From the NCBI GenBank assembly GCA_003144275.1, contig NJBF01000012.1, positions 56,098-88,097 of the forward strand: a stretch of 32,000 bases of DNA. The letters run 5' to 3'. Positions 8,369 to 18,522 of this stretch are shown here, one piece after another (position 1 is the stretch's first letter; each line of letters begins with the position of its first letter). Made by a program: the position numbers and the translations under genes. The notes under the pieces were generated by a model. It searched no databases, was not told the origin of the DNA, and saw only the letters and a list, made by a program, of their open reading frames with translations. This DNA comes from Candidatus Heimdallarchaeota archaeon B3_Heim (GTDB lineage: Archaea > Asgardarchaeota > Heimdallarchaeia > Hodarchaeales > Hodarchaeaceae).

Positions 8369-9568
8369 TTAGGATTCGTGTTCATACGCAGGGAGCGTGC
8401 ATCTCAAAGAGGTGGGTTTACGGTACCCAAGAAGGAATGACCCTTGTATCAGTTTTTGAATTTCATTTGTACCTTCAAGAATAGTATTTGCTCGAGCATT
8501 ACGCCAGTAGCGTTCAACAGGAAAATCACCACTATACCCATTTGCCCCATGGATTTGAATAGCCCGATTTGCTGCATCAGATGCATGATTCGTTGCTTGC
8601 CACTTCGCTATTGCAGTCTCTCGTGTGTTTTTAAGTCCTTGATTTTTCATCCAGGCACACTTGTAAACAAGAAGTTGTGATTGGTCATAACCTGCTTGCA
8701 TATACGCTAAATGTTCTTGAATCAATTCAAATTTCCCAATTTCCTGACCAAACGCTTTTCTTTCATGACAATACTCAACTGACGCGTCAATTGAAGCTTT
8801 AATTAGACCGCATGCCCCAGCTGCAACAGTAAACCGACCATTATCTAATGCCGACATCGCAATTTTAAAACCCTCACCTTCTTGCCCTAAGAGATTTTCT
8901 TTGGGTACTCGAACATCTTGTAAGATAATTTCACCTGTATCTCCTGTTCTTATACCCAATTTATCATGGAATGAAGTTGTTGATACCCCTGAAAACTCCT
9001 TTTCGACAATAAATGCGGCAATCCCACGATATCCTTTTTCTTTTCCTAATTTAGCAAAAATAAGAAAATTATCAGCCACTTCTACTAGGCTAATCCATTG
9101 TTTGGCGCCATTCAACACAAATTCATCCCCCTCAACGACAGCTTTTGTCTTTAGATTAGCCACATCTGATCCAGTATTTGGTTCTGTAAGACCAAACGCC
9201 CCAATTTTTTTTCCTTTTGCTTGAGGAATGAGGTATTTCTCTTGTTGTTCCGTTGTTCCCCATTGGTAAAGGGATAAACTACTTAATGCTGTGTGTACAG
9301 ACATAATAACACGTAATGAAGTATCCATTCGCTCTAATTCTTCGCTTACGATAGCCAACGCAAGATAATCTAATCCTGAACCTTCTAACTTTTCAGGAAT
9401 GCACACACCTAATATCCCAAGTTCCCCCATTTTAGGAAGTACTTGGGGATAAACTGATTTCTGTCGTTTATCATATTCACTAATAATTGGGCCAACTTCA
9501 CGTTCAGCAAAGTCTCGAACACTATCACGGAGCATCTGGTGTTCTTCTGTAAGTGAAAAATCTATCAT
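8369..9568 (-). CDS. Acyl-CoA dehydrogenase
   Basis: GAFGLTEPNTGSDV, LNGAKQWIS, KLGIRTGDTGEI, ERKAFGQEIG, QIHGANGYS, and catalytic Glu in ILEGTNEIQ. Confidence 0.95.
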   Translation of the reverse strand: MIDFSLTEEHQMLRDSVRDFAEREVGPIISEYDKRQKSVYPQVLPKMGELGILGVCIPEKLEGSGLDYLALAIVSEELERMDTSLRVIMSVHTALSSLSLYQWGTTEQQEKYLIPQAKGKKIGAFGLTEPNTGSDVANLKTKAVVEGDEFVLNGAKQWISLVEVADNFLIFAKLGKEKGYRGIAAFIVEKEFSGVSTTSFHDKLGIRTGDTGEIILQDVRVPKENLLGQEGEGFKIAMSALDNGRFTVAAGACGLIKASIDASVEYCHERKAFGQEIGKFELIQEHLAYMQAGYDQSQLLVYKCAWMKNQGLKNTRETAIAKWQATNHASDAANRAIQIHGANGYSGDFPVERYWRNARANTILEGTNEIQKLIQGSFLLGYRKPTSLRCTLPAYEHES

Positions 9569-9626
9569 TCTTCTAGCACCTTTCTTTTAGAAAAAAAATT
9601 AGTATATCTAATGATGTTTATTACAC

Positions 9627-9634
9627 TTTATAAT
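9627..9634 (+). promoter_or_regulatory. Candidate archaeal TATA box (TTTATAAT) for the downstream metal-dependent hydrolase
   Basis: It lies about 25 bp upstream of ATG 9658, the spacing expected for a leaderless archaeal transcript. Support is positional only. Confidence 0.35.
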
Positions 9635-9645
9635 CACTCTGCTTA

Positions 9646-10434
9646 ATGGTTGCAATCATGCCACCAACTGGTTTTCATGGTCTTCTCGGCTTACTCTTTG
9701 CAGGTAAGGTTAAATCCAAAGCTGGAAAAGTAGGGATTGCATGGGGATCTGTTTTTCCTGATTTAGATTTACTAGGTAGCATTATTTTATTTGTTTTTAC
9801 ACAAGATCTAGAATTAACCATTTTCTTCCATAGATCAGTAACGCACAGCTTTATTGTTATGGCTATTATACTGATCAGTTGTTTACTCATCTCAGGATTT
9901 TGGTCTGATAGATTTCCTAGTATATTTCCATTCATTCTAGGTTTTGTTGGGGGAATGGCGATACACGCTGTTATGGACTTGTTTTATCTGGACGGCGTTG
10001 CAATATTGTGGCCTATACAAGCTATGAATGATAGGCTCGTAATTCTCGACTATACATTTGCTGAACTCACACCTGTTTACAATAACCTTTTAGCTAAGGT
10101 TATTTCGACTCTTGATGGAGGATTTGAAGCTATATATTACTTTGTTTTTATCTTCCTTGCAAATAGATTTAATACTGACCGAGATATCTCAGTTGAGCTA
10201 TTTTCGAAAAGGTACGAAGTACAAAATTGGATTCCAAAACTCAAGACAATTTCCTTTGTAGTTCTCGGAGTAACAACAATTTTTCTTTCGATGGCTTTTC
10301 TGTCCATTTCCATTCTCCCACTCGATTTAGAGCTTTTTATAATGCTTCTTTACATCCCACTTGCACCTGTATATCTGTTATCAGGAACTTTGCCTCTGAT
10401 TATGCGAAAGACGGTAGAAAAAGTAAATTACTAG
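9646..10434 (+). CDS. Membrane-bound metal-dependent hydrolase (YdjM/DUF457-like)
   Basis: FH...G, WGSVFPDLD, HRSVTHS, H AVMD motif series plus several TM helices. The start may be ATG 9658. Confidence 0.82.
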   Translation: MVAIMPPTGFHGLLGLLFAGKVKSKAGKVGIAWGSVFPDLDLLGSIILFVFTQDLELTIFFHRSVTHSFIVMAIILISCLLISGFWSDRFPSIFPFILGFVGGMAIHAVMDLFYLDGVAILWPIQAMNDRLVILDYTFAELTPVYNNLLAKVISTLDGGFEAIYYFVFIFLANRFNTDRDISVELFSKRYEVQNWIPKLKTISFVVLGVTTIFLSMAFLSISILPLDLELFIMLLYIPLAPVYLLSGTLPLIMRKTVEKVNY

Positions 10435-10529
10435 TTACAAGGACTTCATTCACCATTTTAGTAGTTTTAATTCTCTAATGATGGAAATAACATTAAAATT
10501 TAAGTCAGATTGCCTCCTTTGACTCTATC

Positions 10530-11804
10530 TTGCCGAAACTTAATCGATTCTCCCTTAAAACCGCTTGGCAAGAGATGAACCCAAATGTCAAGCTTGTATT
10601 TGGTTACAGTTTTTTCCAAAGTTTGGGTAGGGGTATTTGGATGGGAAATGTACTCTCGGTCTGGATTTATTTAATTTCTAATGAGTCCAACGAGCTTTTA
10701 GGTCTCACTTCAGCCATTACAGGACTTGCAATGACTATTACTGTATTGCCTGCTGGATATATTTCCGATAAGACCCAACACCGCTACATGTTGCGGCTAG
10801 CAGCAATTGTCGGTTTTATCGGGTTAAGTTTCGCCCTATTTGCGAGTTCTCTGGAAATTATGTTTCTCGCTCTCCTCTTTTGGGGGTTATTTCAAGGAAT
10901 GAACCGGCCGTCTGTTGAATCAATATTCGCTGACAGTGTAGAATCAGGAACACGGTCTGAAATCTATGCACAGGTACATTTAGTTCGGCAACTAGGAATG
11001 GCGATCGGCCCGCTTGTAAATGTCCTTTTATTCCTTTTTTTTGGGGATGATTGGAGCTTACCTGTCTTAAAATCAGTGATGGTCATTGGAATTGTACTCT
11101 CTATGCTTTCCCTAGCATTCATGGTTTTTTTTGATGACAGGAAAAGCTTGGGATCAGAAAGCGATAAAATTGTCGAAATTATGGATAAAATCCAAGTAGT
11201 AGGTTCAACTATTGAAAATAATCCCAATAAGAGATATGTAATTATTGTTGTACTTCTTTTATCAAATCTAATCATAGGTTTTGGAGCAGGAATGACCATA
11301 AAGTTTTTTCCTATCTTTTTCAGGAATATTTATTTCTTAGAACCAATTACGGTTCAATTAATCATGGGAGGAACAGGGATTTTAACGGGTATTATCAGTA
11401 TTTACACTCAGCGTTTATCATTGCGCAACGGTAGAGCGCCCATGATTTTTACTGTTCAAGGAATTGCAACACTGTGTTTATTCATAATCGCAACCTATCC
11501 TCCTGTTTTTCTCTTAGTTCCAATATTTTTTGCCCGTGGATCATTAATGAACGCATCGCAACCCCTGAGTCGCAGTATTCTTATGGATGTCGTTCCAAAA
11601 AAGCATAGAGGAGGAGTCAATGCCCTCCAAGCACTGGCATGGGGTCTTTTCTGGAATGTTTCTGCAGCCATAGGAGGTTTTCTCATTGGGTCTGATGATA
11701 ATTTTCGTCTATGCTTTTTAATAACAGGGTTTATCTATGTACTTGGCACATTGCCAATTTTATTATTAATCCCACTAGTTTCGCGAGAGAAAAATCATCT
11801 ATAG
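10530..11804 (+). CDS. MFS transporter
   Basis: About 12 TM helices with MFS loop motifs AGYISDKTQHR and RLSLRNGRAP, plus LSRSILMDVVPKKHRG. Confidence 0.9.
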   Translation: MPKLNRFSLKTAWQEMNPNVKLVFGYSFFQSLGRGIWMGNVLSVWIYLISNESNELLGLTSAITGLAMTITVLPAGYISDKTQHRYMLRLAAIVGFIGLSFALFASSLEIMFLALLFWGLFQGMNRPSVESIFADSVESGTRSEIYAQVHLVRQLGMAIGPLVNVLLFLFFGDDWSLPVLKSVMVIGIVLSMLSLAFMVFFDDRKSLGSESDKIVEIMDKIQVVGSTIENNPNKRYVIIVVLLLSNLIIGFGAGMTIKFFPIFFRNIYFLEPITVQLIMGGTGILTGIISIYTQRLSLRNGRAPMIFTVQGIATLCLFIIATYPPVFLLVPIFFARGSLMNASQPLSRSILMDVVPKKHRGGVNALQALAWGLFWNVSAAIGGFLIGSDDNFRLCFLITGFIYVLGTLPILLLIPLVSREKNHL

Positions 11805-11869
11805 GGACATCTCAGTGAATCTGTTTTTCCAGCACGTTATTAAACTCCCCATTTCAATAAACAAACATT

Positions 11870-12340
11870 ATGCGTATCAAACACCTCACAGAAAAGATGC
11901 AGTTCTCTACATCTGCTACTTGGAAAAAAGATAAAGAAGGATCATTACTTACAACAGATTATCCTAAACCCATTCCTTTTAGTTGTCCCCCTGAATTAGG
12001 GGGAATTGAAACGCCCTCTCCCGAAGTTCTTTTCTTATCCGCAATTGCTACATGTACATTGACCACACTTCTACATATTTGTGACTCACTACGAACTACT
12101 CCAAATACTCTAGAGGTAAGTGTTTCTGGGGATCTTCGTCTTAATGAGGCTATTAACTATGAATTTGAAAACATTAAATGCCGACTTGAAGTAACTGGAG
12201 ATGAATTTCTGCTGGAGAGAGCGTGTGAAAAAGTTCCGCAATTATGTGTAGTTAGTAATTCTATAAAACCACTCATTAGCTATCAGATAATAATAAACTC
12301 TCAGCACCGTTTGACTCTCACAAATCAAAAGTCCTCTTAG
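11870..12340 (+). CDS. OsmC/Ohr family protein
   Basis: PPELGG...PSPEVLFLSAIATC (first Cys) and LCVVSNSI (second Cys). Confidence 0.85.
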   Translation: MRIKHLTEKMQFSTSATWKKDKEGSLLTTDYPKPIPFSCPPELGGIETPSPEVLFLSAIATCTLTTLLHICDSLRTTPNTLEVSVSGDLRLNEAINYEFENIKCRLEVTGDEFLLERACEKVPQLCVVSNSIKPLISYQIIINSQHRLTLTNQKSS

Positions 12341-12363
12341 CTAGCTAGTATTATTATGAATTT

Positions 12364-12750
12364 TTATACAAACAGGCTGATGTAAAGTAGTAAAGTTGAG
12401 AGGCCTAATACAATCATAACTGCTCCTGTAGCTGCCCGAGTCCATCCTGTTATTTGCCTTTTCCTTTCATCACGTTGAATTTCTCCTTGCATTTGAGGTG
12501 TCCAAATTGCATCAAATCCTGAAGAGTATGAGGAATAAATCAAAAAGCGTGGGATCCCAACTATAATTTGTAAAGTCCCATAAATTAACAAAAGTCCTTT
12601 TACAAGGCAATCGGTTTCACTAGTTGTAATGCATAAGTAGACCCCACCAATGATGCCAAATCCCCCAAGTAACACAGAAGCCTTAACTAGAAATAATCTG
12701 ATATATCTTAATTCTTCCGTACCACCCTCGATTGGTATATTTCTATCCAT
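12364..12750 (-). CDS. Hypothetical membrane protein (~3 TM)
   Basis: Three hydrophobic segments. ATG 12750 (MDRNIP) preferred; 12789 is an alternative start. Confidence 0.6.
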   Translation of the reverse strand: MDRNIPIEGGTEELRYIRLFLVKASVLLGGFGIIGGVYLCITTSETDCLVKGLLLIYGTLQIIVGIPRFLIYSSYSSGFDAIWTPQMQGEIQRDERKRQITGWTRAATGAVMIVLGLSTLLLYISLFV

Positions 12751-12887
12751 TCCATACCACATTGATAGTTTTATCCAGGAACATTTCACCCAGATTCGAT
12801 AGTCAGTTTAAAAGTAGAGTATCAAATGTTTTTTCTTCTTTTCATTTTAATTTCACTTCCTGGAGATATTTAAAATACAGCGAGACT

Positions 12888-13019
12888 ATGACATGGAAAT
12901 ATCGAAAAAAGGCTTCACTTGAAAGTCATATCCTAGCCTTTGCCGCTGAAGACTCCCGCCTGCGGAAGAAAGTAATATCTTTAGAGGAATACAGAAAACT
13001 CGCATTTTCAGAGAACTAA
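12888..13019 (+). CDS. Possible 43-aa basic small protein (MTWKYRKKASLESHILAFAAEDSRLRKKVISLEEYRKLAFSEN)
   Basis: ATG-started ORF in an otherwise empty intergenic gap with protein-like composition. No family recognised. Confidence 0.3.
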   Translation: MTWKYRKKASLESHILAFAAEDSRLRKKVISLEEYRKLAFSEN

Positions 13020-13161
13020 TAAATCAGAAATTTTTCTACACTCTAATTACTTGTATCCAGATTGGTTTATTTTTTATACCTGAATTTTATAGTCAAATCT
13101 TCATACTGCAGAAGAAGAAAAACTTTTCAGTTCAGTTTTACGTGCAAAGGTATGGATAGGC

Positions 13162-14910
13162 ATGGCAACAACATTTTTTAATCCAACGAAAGACACTTGG
13201 ATGACATCTTTTAAAGAGAATAAACCAATTGTTTTTCTATTTCAGGATAAACTTTGCCCTGCTTGTTATTCCTTTGAACAAACAGTTCTTTCAGACCCTG
13301 AAGTGCAAGAATATTTATTTTCCAATTTCTTACCCGTTCATCTTGATATTAACAGGTTTCCTGATTTGTATGAACGGTTTGCCGGGAATGACTTTCTTGT
13401 CCACACAATTCAAGCAATTAATGGAAATCTGCTTGGGTCATGCAACAATCTTTCTGTCTCGCATTTTCTAAAAAATCTTTATCAGTACAAACAAATATCC
13501 CAACAGATTCAGGATCCATTTCAGGATGTATTGACTCTCCAAGATTTTTCACCTCTAATTCAAGAAGAAGCCAAGAGATTTCACGAAAAAATTGATTTAA
13601 TTTCGGAGATCACTCTTTCTACATTATTAGGTGCATACGATTCGATGTACGGTGGATGGGCAGTTCAAAAACATAAGATCTATCCGAGTTCTGCGTTGGA
13701 CTTTCTACTATTGTTTCATCAGCGTTCTCAAGATGAAGAACTTCTGAAAATTATCATTCAAACACTTCGCGCAACATATCGTGGTTTATTCGATAAACAA
13801 AATGGCGGGTTCTTTGAAAGTGCAAATCGCGACTGGAAAACAGTATTATCCTTCAAAAAGTCTTTAGAAAATAATGTTTCAGCCGCACGAACCCTTTTTC
13901 ATTCCTATCAGCTGACTCTTGATCCATATTATCTTGATAAAATTCGAGAAACTCTGGTTTTCTGTCTGAACGATTTATGGAATAAGAAGCAAGGTCTATT
14001 TAACTATGGATTACTGGCTCATCCCCTATATGACCTTACAAATGAACTCTTTCTCTCAAGGGGCAACTGCGAAATTATAAGCTTATTATATGAAGTGGAA
14101 GGGATAATAGACCTTCCTACTCATAAGAAAGAACTGGATAAGATCAAATCAAGTGTTTTGAAGAGATTAAGGAAGAGTGAAACTCCTTATGGTATCCCCC
14201 ATGAACTGAGTTCAGGTAAACGTCATCCCTATAAACAATTTCTTCTCCAGGATCAAGCAGCGTATCTGAATCTCTTTATTCAACTTTATTCTTTTACTGG
14301 AAGAGCTATTTATCGAAAAAGAGCCATATCATTTGTAAACCTAATTATAGAGCACTACTTCGATCTAAAGAACAATCTTTTCAAAGATCGTGTGTCAATC
14401 CCAGAAACAGACTTTGGTCCTTTAATGAAGAATTTATTTCCAATTCGTGATAATGCATTTATGGTTAACAATCTTGTGACCCTTTCTCATTTAACTGAAA
14501 AACCCACTCATCGTCCATATCGCGAATTAGCAACGAATTGTGTCACATCGTATTATTCTAATTTTGGTATTTCTCGTGAAGCCCCCTTTCCACCTGAATT
14601 TGTAATTGCGAATCAACGATTAATTGAGAGCGCAATTGAATTAGTAATAATCGGTTCTATTAAGGATAAAAAAACCCAACAACTAATGATTGAAATGAAA
14701 AAAATTTATGATCCATTCAGCATAATTGAGTTATTCGATCCGAATAAGGACAAGCAAATGATGGAACTTAAATTTAAAGATTATAACTTCCACAATCCCC
14801 CCCTTGCATTTATAAAAATCGATAGTACTATCTCCCCTCCCGCATATTATCCTAAAGAGATATCTCTGATGCTTCAGAGACTTCTTGAAGCATTTAGATC
14901 GGATGTATAA
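13162..14910 (+). CDS. Thioredoxin-domain protein, YyaL/DUF255 (SSP411/SPATA20-like), divergent
   Basis: N-terminal Trx fold with CPAC, then FLPVHLDINRFPDL, YDSMYGGW..K.YP, GLFDKQNGGFF, W....FKKSLENN and FLLQDQAAY. Confidence 0.8.
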   Translation: MATTFFNPTKDTWMTSFKENKPIVFLFQDKLCPACYSFEQTVLSDPEVQEYLFSNFLPVHLDINRFPDLYERFAGNDFLVHTIQAINGNLLGSCNNLSVSHFLKNLYQYKQISQQIQDPFQDVLTLQDFSPLIQEEAKRFHEKIDLISEITLSTLLGAYDSMYGGWAVQKHKIYPSSALDFLLLFHQRSQDEELLKIIIQTLRATYRGLFDKQNGGFFESANRDWKTVLSFKKSLENNVSAARTLFHSYQLTLDPYYLDKIRETLVFCLNDLWNKKQGLFNYGLLAHPLYDLTNELFLSRGNCEIISLLYEVEGIIDLPTHKKELDKIKSSVLKRLRKSETPYGIPHELSSGKRHPYKQFLLQDQAAYLNLFIQLYSFTGRAIYRKRAISFVNLIIEHYFDLKNNLFKDRVSIPETDFGPLMKNLFPIRDNAFMVNNLVTLSHLTEKPTHRPYRELATNCVTSYYSNFGISREAPFPPEFVIANQRLIESAIELVIIGSIKDKKTQQLMIEMKKIYDPFSIIELFDPNKDKQMMELKFKDYNFHNPPLAFIKIDSTISPPAYYPKEISLMLQRLLEAFRSDV

Positions 14911-14974
14911 CTATATTGACATTCAGATGAACATCTTGACACCAATAACAAAGTGGAAAGCTGAATACCTTACC

Positions 14975-16219
14975 ATGACTGAAGGCCTCTTTTCACAGAA
15001 ATTAGATCAAACGATTAAGTCAGGGGAACGTCTTGAACTTACACCTGATCAAATCCTTACTAATGAAATGCTTGCAGCTGTAGTAATCCCAAAAATGAAC
15101 ATCTTAAAAGCAAGCTCAATCCATGGATCTTTGAGAACGGATTCGATCAAATGTTTTATGGATCATGGAGGAATAGGAACAAATACTGCTTATGTTAACC
15201 TTCATCAATCTATCCGTGAATTCTGTTTAAAACATGGATTACCTTTTTACGAACCTGGTACTGGAATTGGTCATATTCTCTTGACGGAACTCGGTGCTGT
15301 ATCACCTGGTGATGTCATTATGGGTACAGACTCTCACACAACTACCCATGGTGCTTTAAACACTTTTTCGCAGGGGATTGGAGGTAGTGATTTACTGGAA
15401 ATTCTAATTACTGGGAAAACTTGGTTAACAGTCCCTCCAGCTATCCACATTAATTTAAAAGGAAAATTACAGGGATATTCATCAGCCAAGGATTTAGCAT
15501 TATCTCTGTTAAAAAAATTTGGATTAGATTTCGCTGTGGGACATTCAGTTGAATTCACGTGTCCGTTGGACTTTTCGATTGCGAGCAGGCAAACTATGGC
15601 AAACATGGTGGCAGAATTGGGTGCCACTTCAGGAATTTTTCCATTCGATCCTACATTAGAACAATTTCTAACTCAGCTTCAGCTAGAGCGTATACCTAGA
15701 CCAGTCACTATGGGAAGTGAGGCCATATATGAGAGGGAGGAAATCTGTGATTTAACGACTGTAATCCCACTAGTTGCAAAACCACACCGTCCCAATAATG
15801 TTGTTCCAGCATGTTAACTAGCTGATATCGTCCCAGATCAAATCTATATAGGAAGTTGTACACATTCTCGGATTGAGGATCTTCGAGTAGTTGGAAAAAT
15901 TCTCAGAACGAATACAGTGAGAATAAATACGCTTATTTCACCTGGTTCTCATTCCATCTTTCAGCAAGCAGAGAATGAGGGATTAATTAAAATTTTTCTG
16001 GATGCAGGATGCAAAATTATCTATCCTGGATGTAATGCGTGTTTTGGGGGATCAATTGGCCTCTTGGGAAAGGGAATGAGTGGATTAACAACAACTAATC
16101 GAAATTTTGAGGGAAGAATGGGAGGAGATGAAACAACAAATGTCTATCTTGCTTCGCCAGCAACAGCAGCTGCATCAGCTATTTCAGGTTTTATTTCTGA
16201 TCCAGGGGTGAACCAATGA
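14975..16219 (+). pseudogene. leuC: 3-isopropylmalate dehydratase/homoaconitase-family large subunit interrupted by an in-frame TAA (15815-15817)
   Basis: FMDH, GTDSHTTTHGAL and RQTMANMVAELGA lie before the stop. The same frame resumes LADIVPDQIYIGSCTHSRIEDL...GCNACFG...TTNRNFEGRMG...VYLASPATAAASA. Repaired length is 414 codons from ATG 14975. ATGA overlap with the small subunit. The symbol marks the family only; substrate is unproven. Confidence 0.88.
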
Positions 16220-16773
16220 GTAACTCTGCATACCCTGATATACTTTCAATAACTGGAATCATTATTACATGTGGGGATAACATCAATACTGATCTGATTA
16301 TGCCATCTCAATATTTAGACAATCCCAATCCAAGTTATTTCTCTCAATTTGTCATGAGTGGTCAAGACCCTGAATTTGTAAACAAAATTCAGAAAATACA
16401 TAGTCAGTTTGAACTTCCAGCAATATTGGTAGCGGGAACAAACTTTGGATCAGGTTCCTCTCGGGAACAAGCGCCTGCAGGGTTAAAATACATTGGAATA
16501 GCAGCAATTGTGGCTGAATCTTTTGGTTCCATATTCTTCAGAAATGCCATCAATGTAGGGTTACCAGTCATATCCATTCCAAATATTACTAAGATGGTAA
16601 AAAATGGATTGTCTGTTAAGATAAGTTTAAGAGAAGGGTTTTTGGATATTTTGGAACAGGGTTCCACTAAGATTCACTTTAAACCTCTAGAACCATTCTT
16701 ATTACGACGATTGGAATCAGGTGGATTACTACCTGAACTCAAACGACAATTAAAGTCATCAAATAAATACTAA
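16216..16773 (+). CDS. leuD: 3-isopropylmalate dehydratase/homoaconitase-family small subunit
   Basis: GDNINTDLIMP, VAGTNFGSGSSREQAP, AESFGSIFFRNAINVGLP, LESGGLL. Confidence 0.92.
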   Translation: MSNSAYPDILSITGIIITCGDNINTDLIMPSQYLDNPNPSYFSQFVMSGQDPEFVNKIQKIHSQFELPAILVAGTNFGSGSSREQAPAGLKYIGIAAIVAESFGSIFFRNAINVGLPVISIPNITKMVKNGLSVKISLREGFLDILEQGSTKIHFKPLEPFLLRRLESGGLLPELKRQLKSSNKY

Positions 16774-16815
16774 AATAGAAAATTGAAGAGTTCTTGGACT
16801 AATATTTCCAAAGAA

Positions 16816-17073
16816 TCAATCAAGTTCTGGAAGAGTATTATGTGAGCCATCACAAATCGGAGGATTTTGGGTATATTTGCATTGGCACAAATGAACGGTT
16901 TTAGATGTTTTTACTTGATAAGAAAGAGGTTTAATCCCAGTCCCTCTATGAGAACCATCACAGAATGGTTCACTCTTAGATCGTCCACAGGCACACCAGT
17001 AGTATGTTTTCCCTACCTCAAGAAATATATCAGCGGGATATCTAAAGGCAACTTGTGGATTTTCTGGTACCAA
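16816..17073 (-). CDS. Tandem CDGSH iron-sulfur domain protein (CISD3/MiNT-like)
   Basis: Two motifs: WCACGRSKSEPFCDGSH and LCQCKYTQNPPICDGSH. Confidence 0.95.
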   Translation of the reverse strand: MVPENPQVAFRYPADIFLEVGKTYYWCACGRSKSEPFCDGSHRGTGIKPLSYQVKTSKTVHLCQCKYTQNPPICDGSHNTLPELD

Positions 17074-17279
17074 ACTATCGACTCAAAATCTTTTTTTACG
17101 TTTAATTCAACAAAATAGATCTAATTATAAAATCAACTCTATTCATTTGTATATATATTTTAGATTTAAAGAAAAAACATATCAGAAAAACGGTACTGGA
17201 TACTTATCGTCTCTAGATATAATTACTTAGAATACGAATTACAGAAAACTTTCGGTTTCTCCTACAAAGGTGGAAGTAT

Positions 17280-18488
17280 ATGCAAGTGGTCGTCATAGGG
17301 TCAGGACATGCAGGATTCTCCGCGGTGAATACATTCCTCAAAAATGAGGAAGATCTGGAGATCACGATGATTACTGAAGATCCATATCCATTTTACCCCC
17401 GTCCTATCATCTACAAGATAATACAGGGAGAAAAACCAGAAAACGTTATTAGATATCCCAAGAAATGGTATATTGACCATAACATTAATCTTGTACTTAA
17501 CAAAAGAGTAATAGGGATTGAAAACAAGGATAATTTTGTAATTACCGAGGACGGTACCAAATTATCTTATGATAAACTGCTCATTACTACAGGGTCTAAA
17601 CCCTTTATTCCCCCCATTCCTGGCATTCATGATGGTCCCGTTTATTGTCTACGATCCATAGACGACGCATTGAAAATTCGTAAAAAGGCTCTCAATTGTG
17701 AGACGAAGAAAGCAACTATTCTGGGTGGTGGATTGTTATCGGTAGAATTAGCGAAGGCACTTTCAGAAATTGGAATAGCTCCCACAATTATTGATAGATC
17801 TCCTTATTTGCTCAGAAAACAATTGGATGGAGAAGGAGGATATTTCTTCAATAAAATTCTGGATAAATCTCTGGACACACGATTCCTCTTTAACTCCACA
17901 TGTCAAAAAATTCAGAGAAATGGGGAGAAAATGACCATTGAAATTAAAGATGTAATTGGGGTATCTAAGTACAAATGTGAGTTCCTCCTCAATGCGACTG
18001 GTATACAAAATGACAATAGTCTTGCAAATAAAGCTGGACTAACATTAGGGAAATATGCGATTAGTGTAGATCCTCACATGAAAACCTCGATGAAGAATAT
18101 TTATGCTGCAGGGGATGCTGTAGATATAGGGTCATTTCCAGGATCAAAATTTGGTATCATTCCAACTGCCATTGACCAAGCACGGATCGCAGCCCTAAAT
18201 ATCCTTGGGAAAGAAATCCAATATCCTGGAACGGTTCCTTGGACAACCCTTAAAGTGGCAGGAATAGACTTAACATCAATAGGAGATGTAACAATGGAAT
18301 CTGGGGTGGAAGAAAAAGGGGTAGTTCTTGATTTTGATCGAGGAATCTATCGGAAACTTTTTTTCAAGAATCAGAAACTGAGAGGAGTAATATTAATTGG
18401 AACGCGAGAGAATCTCCGTTCATTAAAAGATCTTACAATGAAAAAAGCTTCATTTCAGGAAGTAAAAAATGAACTAAATTTAGCTTAA
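17280..18488 (+). CDS. FAD-dependent NAD(P)H oxidoreductase (rubredoxin reductase / NirB N-terminal-like)
   Basis: VVIGSGHAG (FAD), YDKLLITTGS, ILGGGLLSVE (NAD), IYAAGD, and C-terminal TTLKVAGIDLTSIG...YRKLFF. No redox Cys in the CoA-disulfide reductase position. Confidence 0.88.
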   Translation: MQVVVIGSGHAGFSAVNTFLKNEEDLEITMITEDPYPFYPRPIIYKIIQGEKPENVIRYPKKWYIDHNINLVLNKRVIGIENKDNFVITEDGTKLSYDKLLITTGSKPFIPPIPGIHDGPVYCLRSIDDALKIRKKALNCETKKATILGGGLLSVELAKALSEIGIAPTIIDRSPYLLRKQLDGEGGYFFNKILDKSLDTRFLFNSTCQKIQRNGEKMTIEIKDVIGVSKYKCEFLLNATGIQNDNSLANKAGLTLGKYAISVDPHMKTSMKNIYAAGDAVDIGSFPGSKFGIIPTAIDQARIAALNILGKEIQYPGTVPWTTLKVAGIDLTSIGDVTMESGVEEKGVVLDFDRGIYRKLFFKNQKLRGVILIGTRENLRSLKDLTMKKASFQEVKNELNLA

Positions 18489-18522
18489 ACAGTGAAGCAA
18501 AAACGATCGGAGTATGTGGTAA

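Noticed and set aside
15917-16219. Independent 100-aa gene
   Set aside because: It is the C-terminal part of the LeuC-like gene, in the same frame as 14975-15817.
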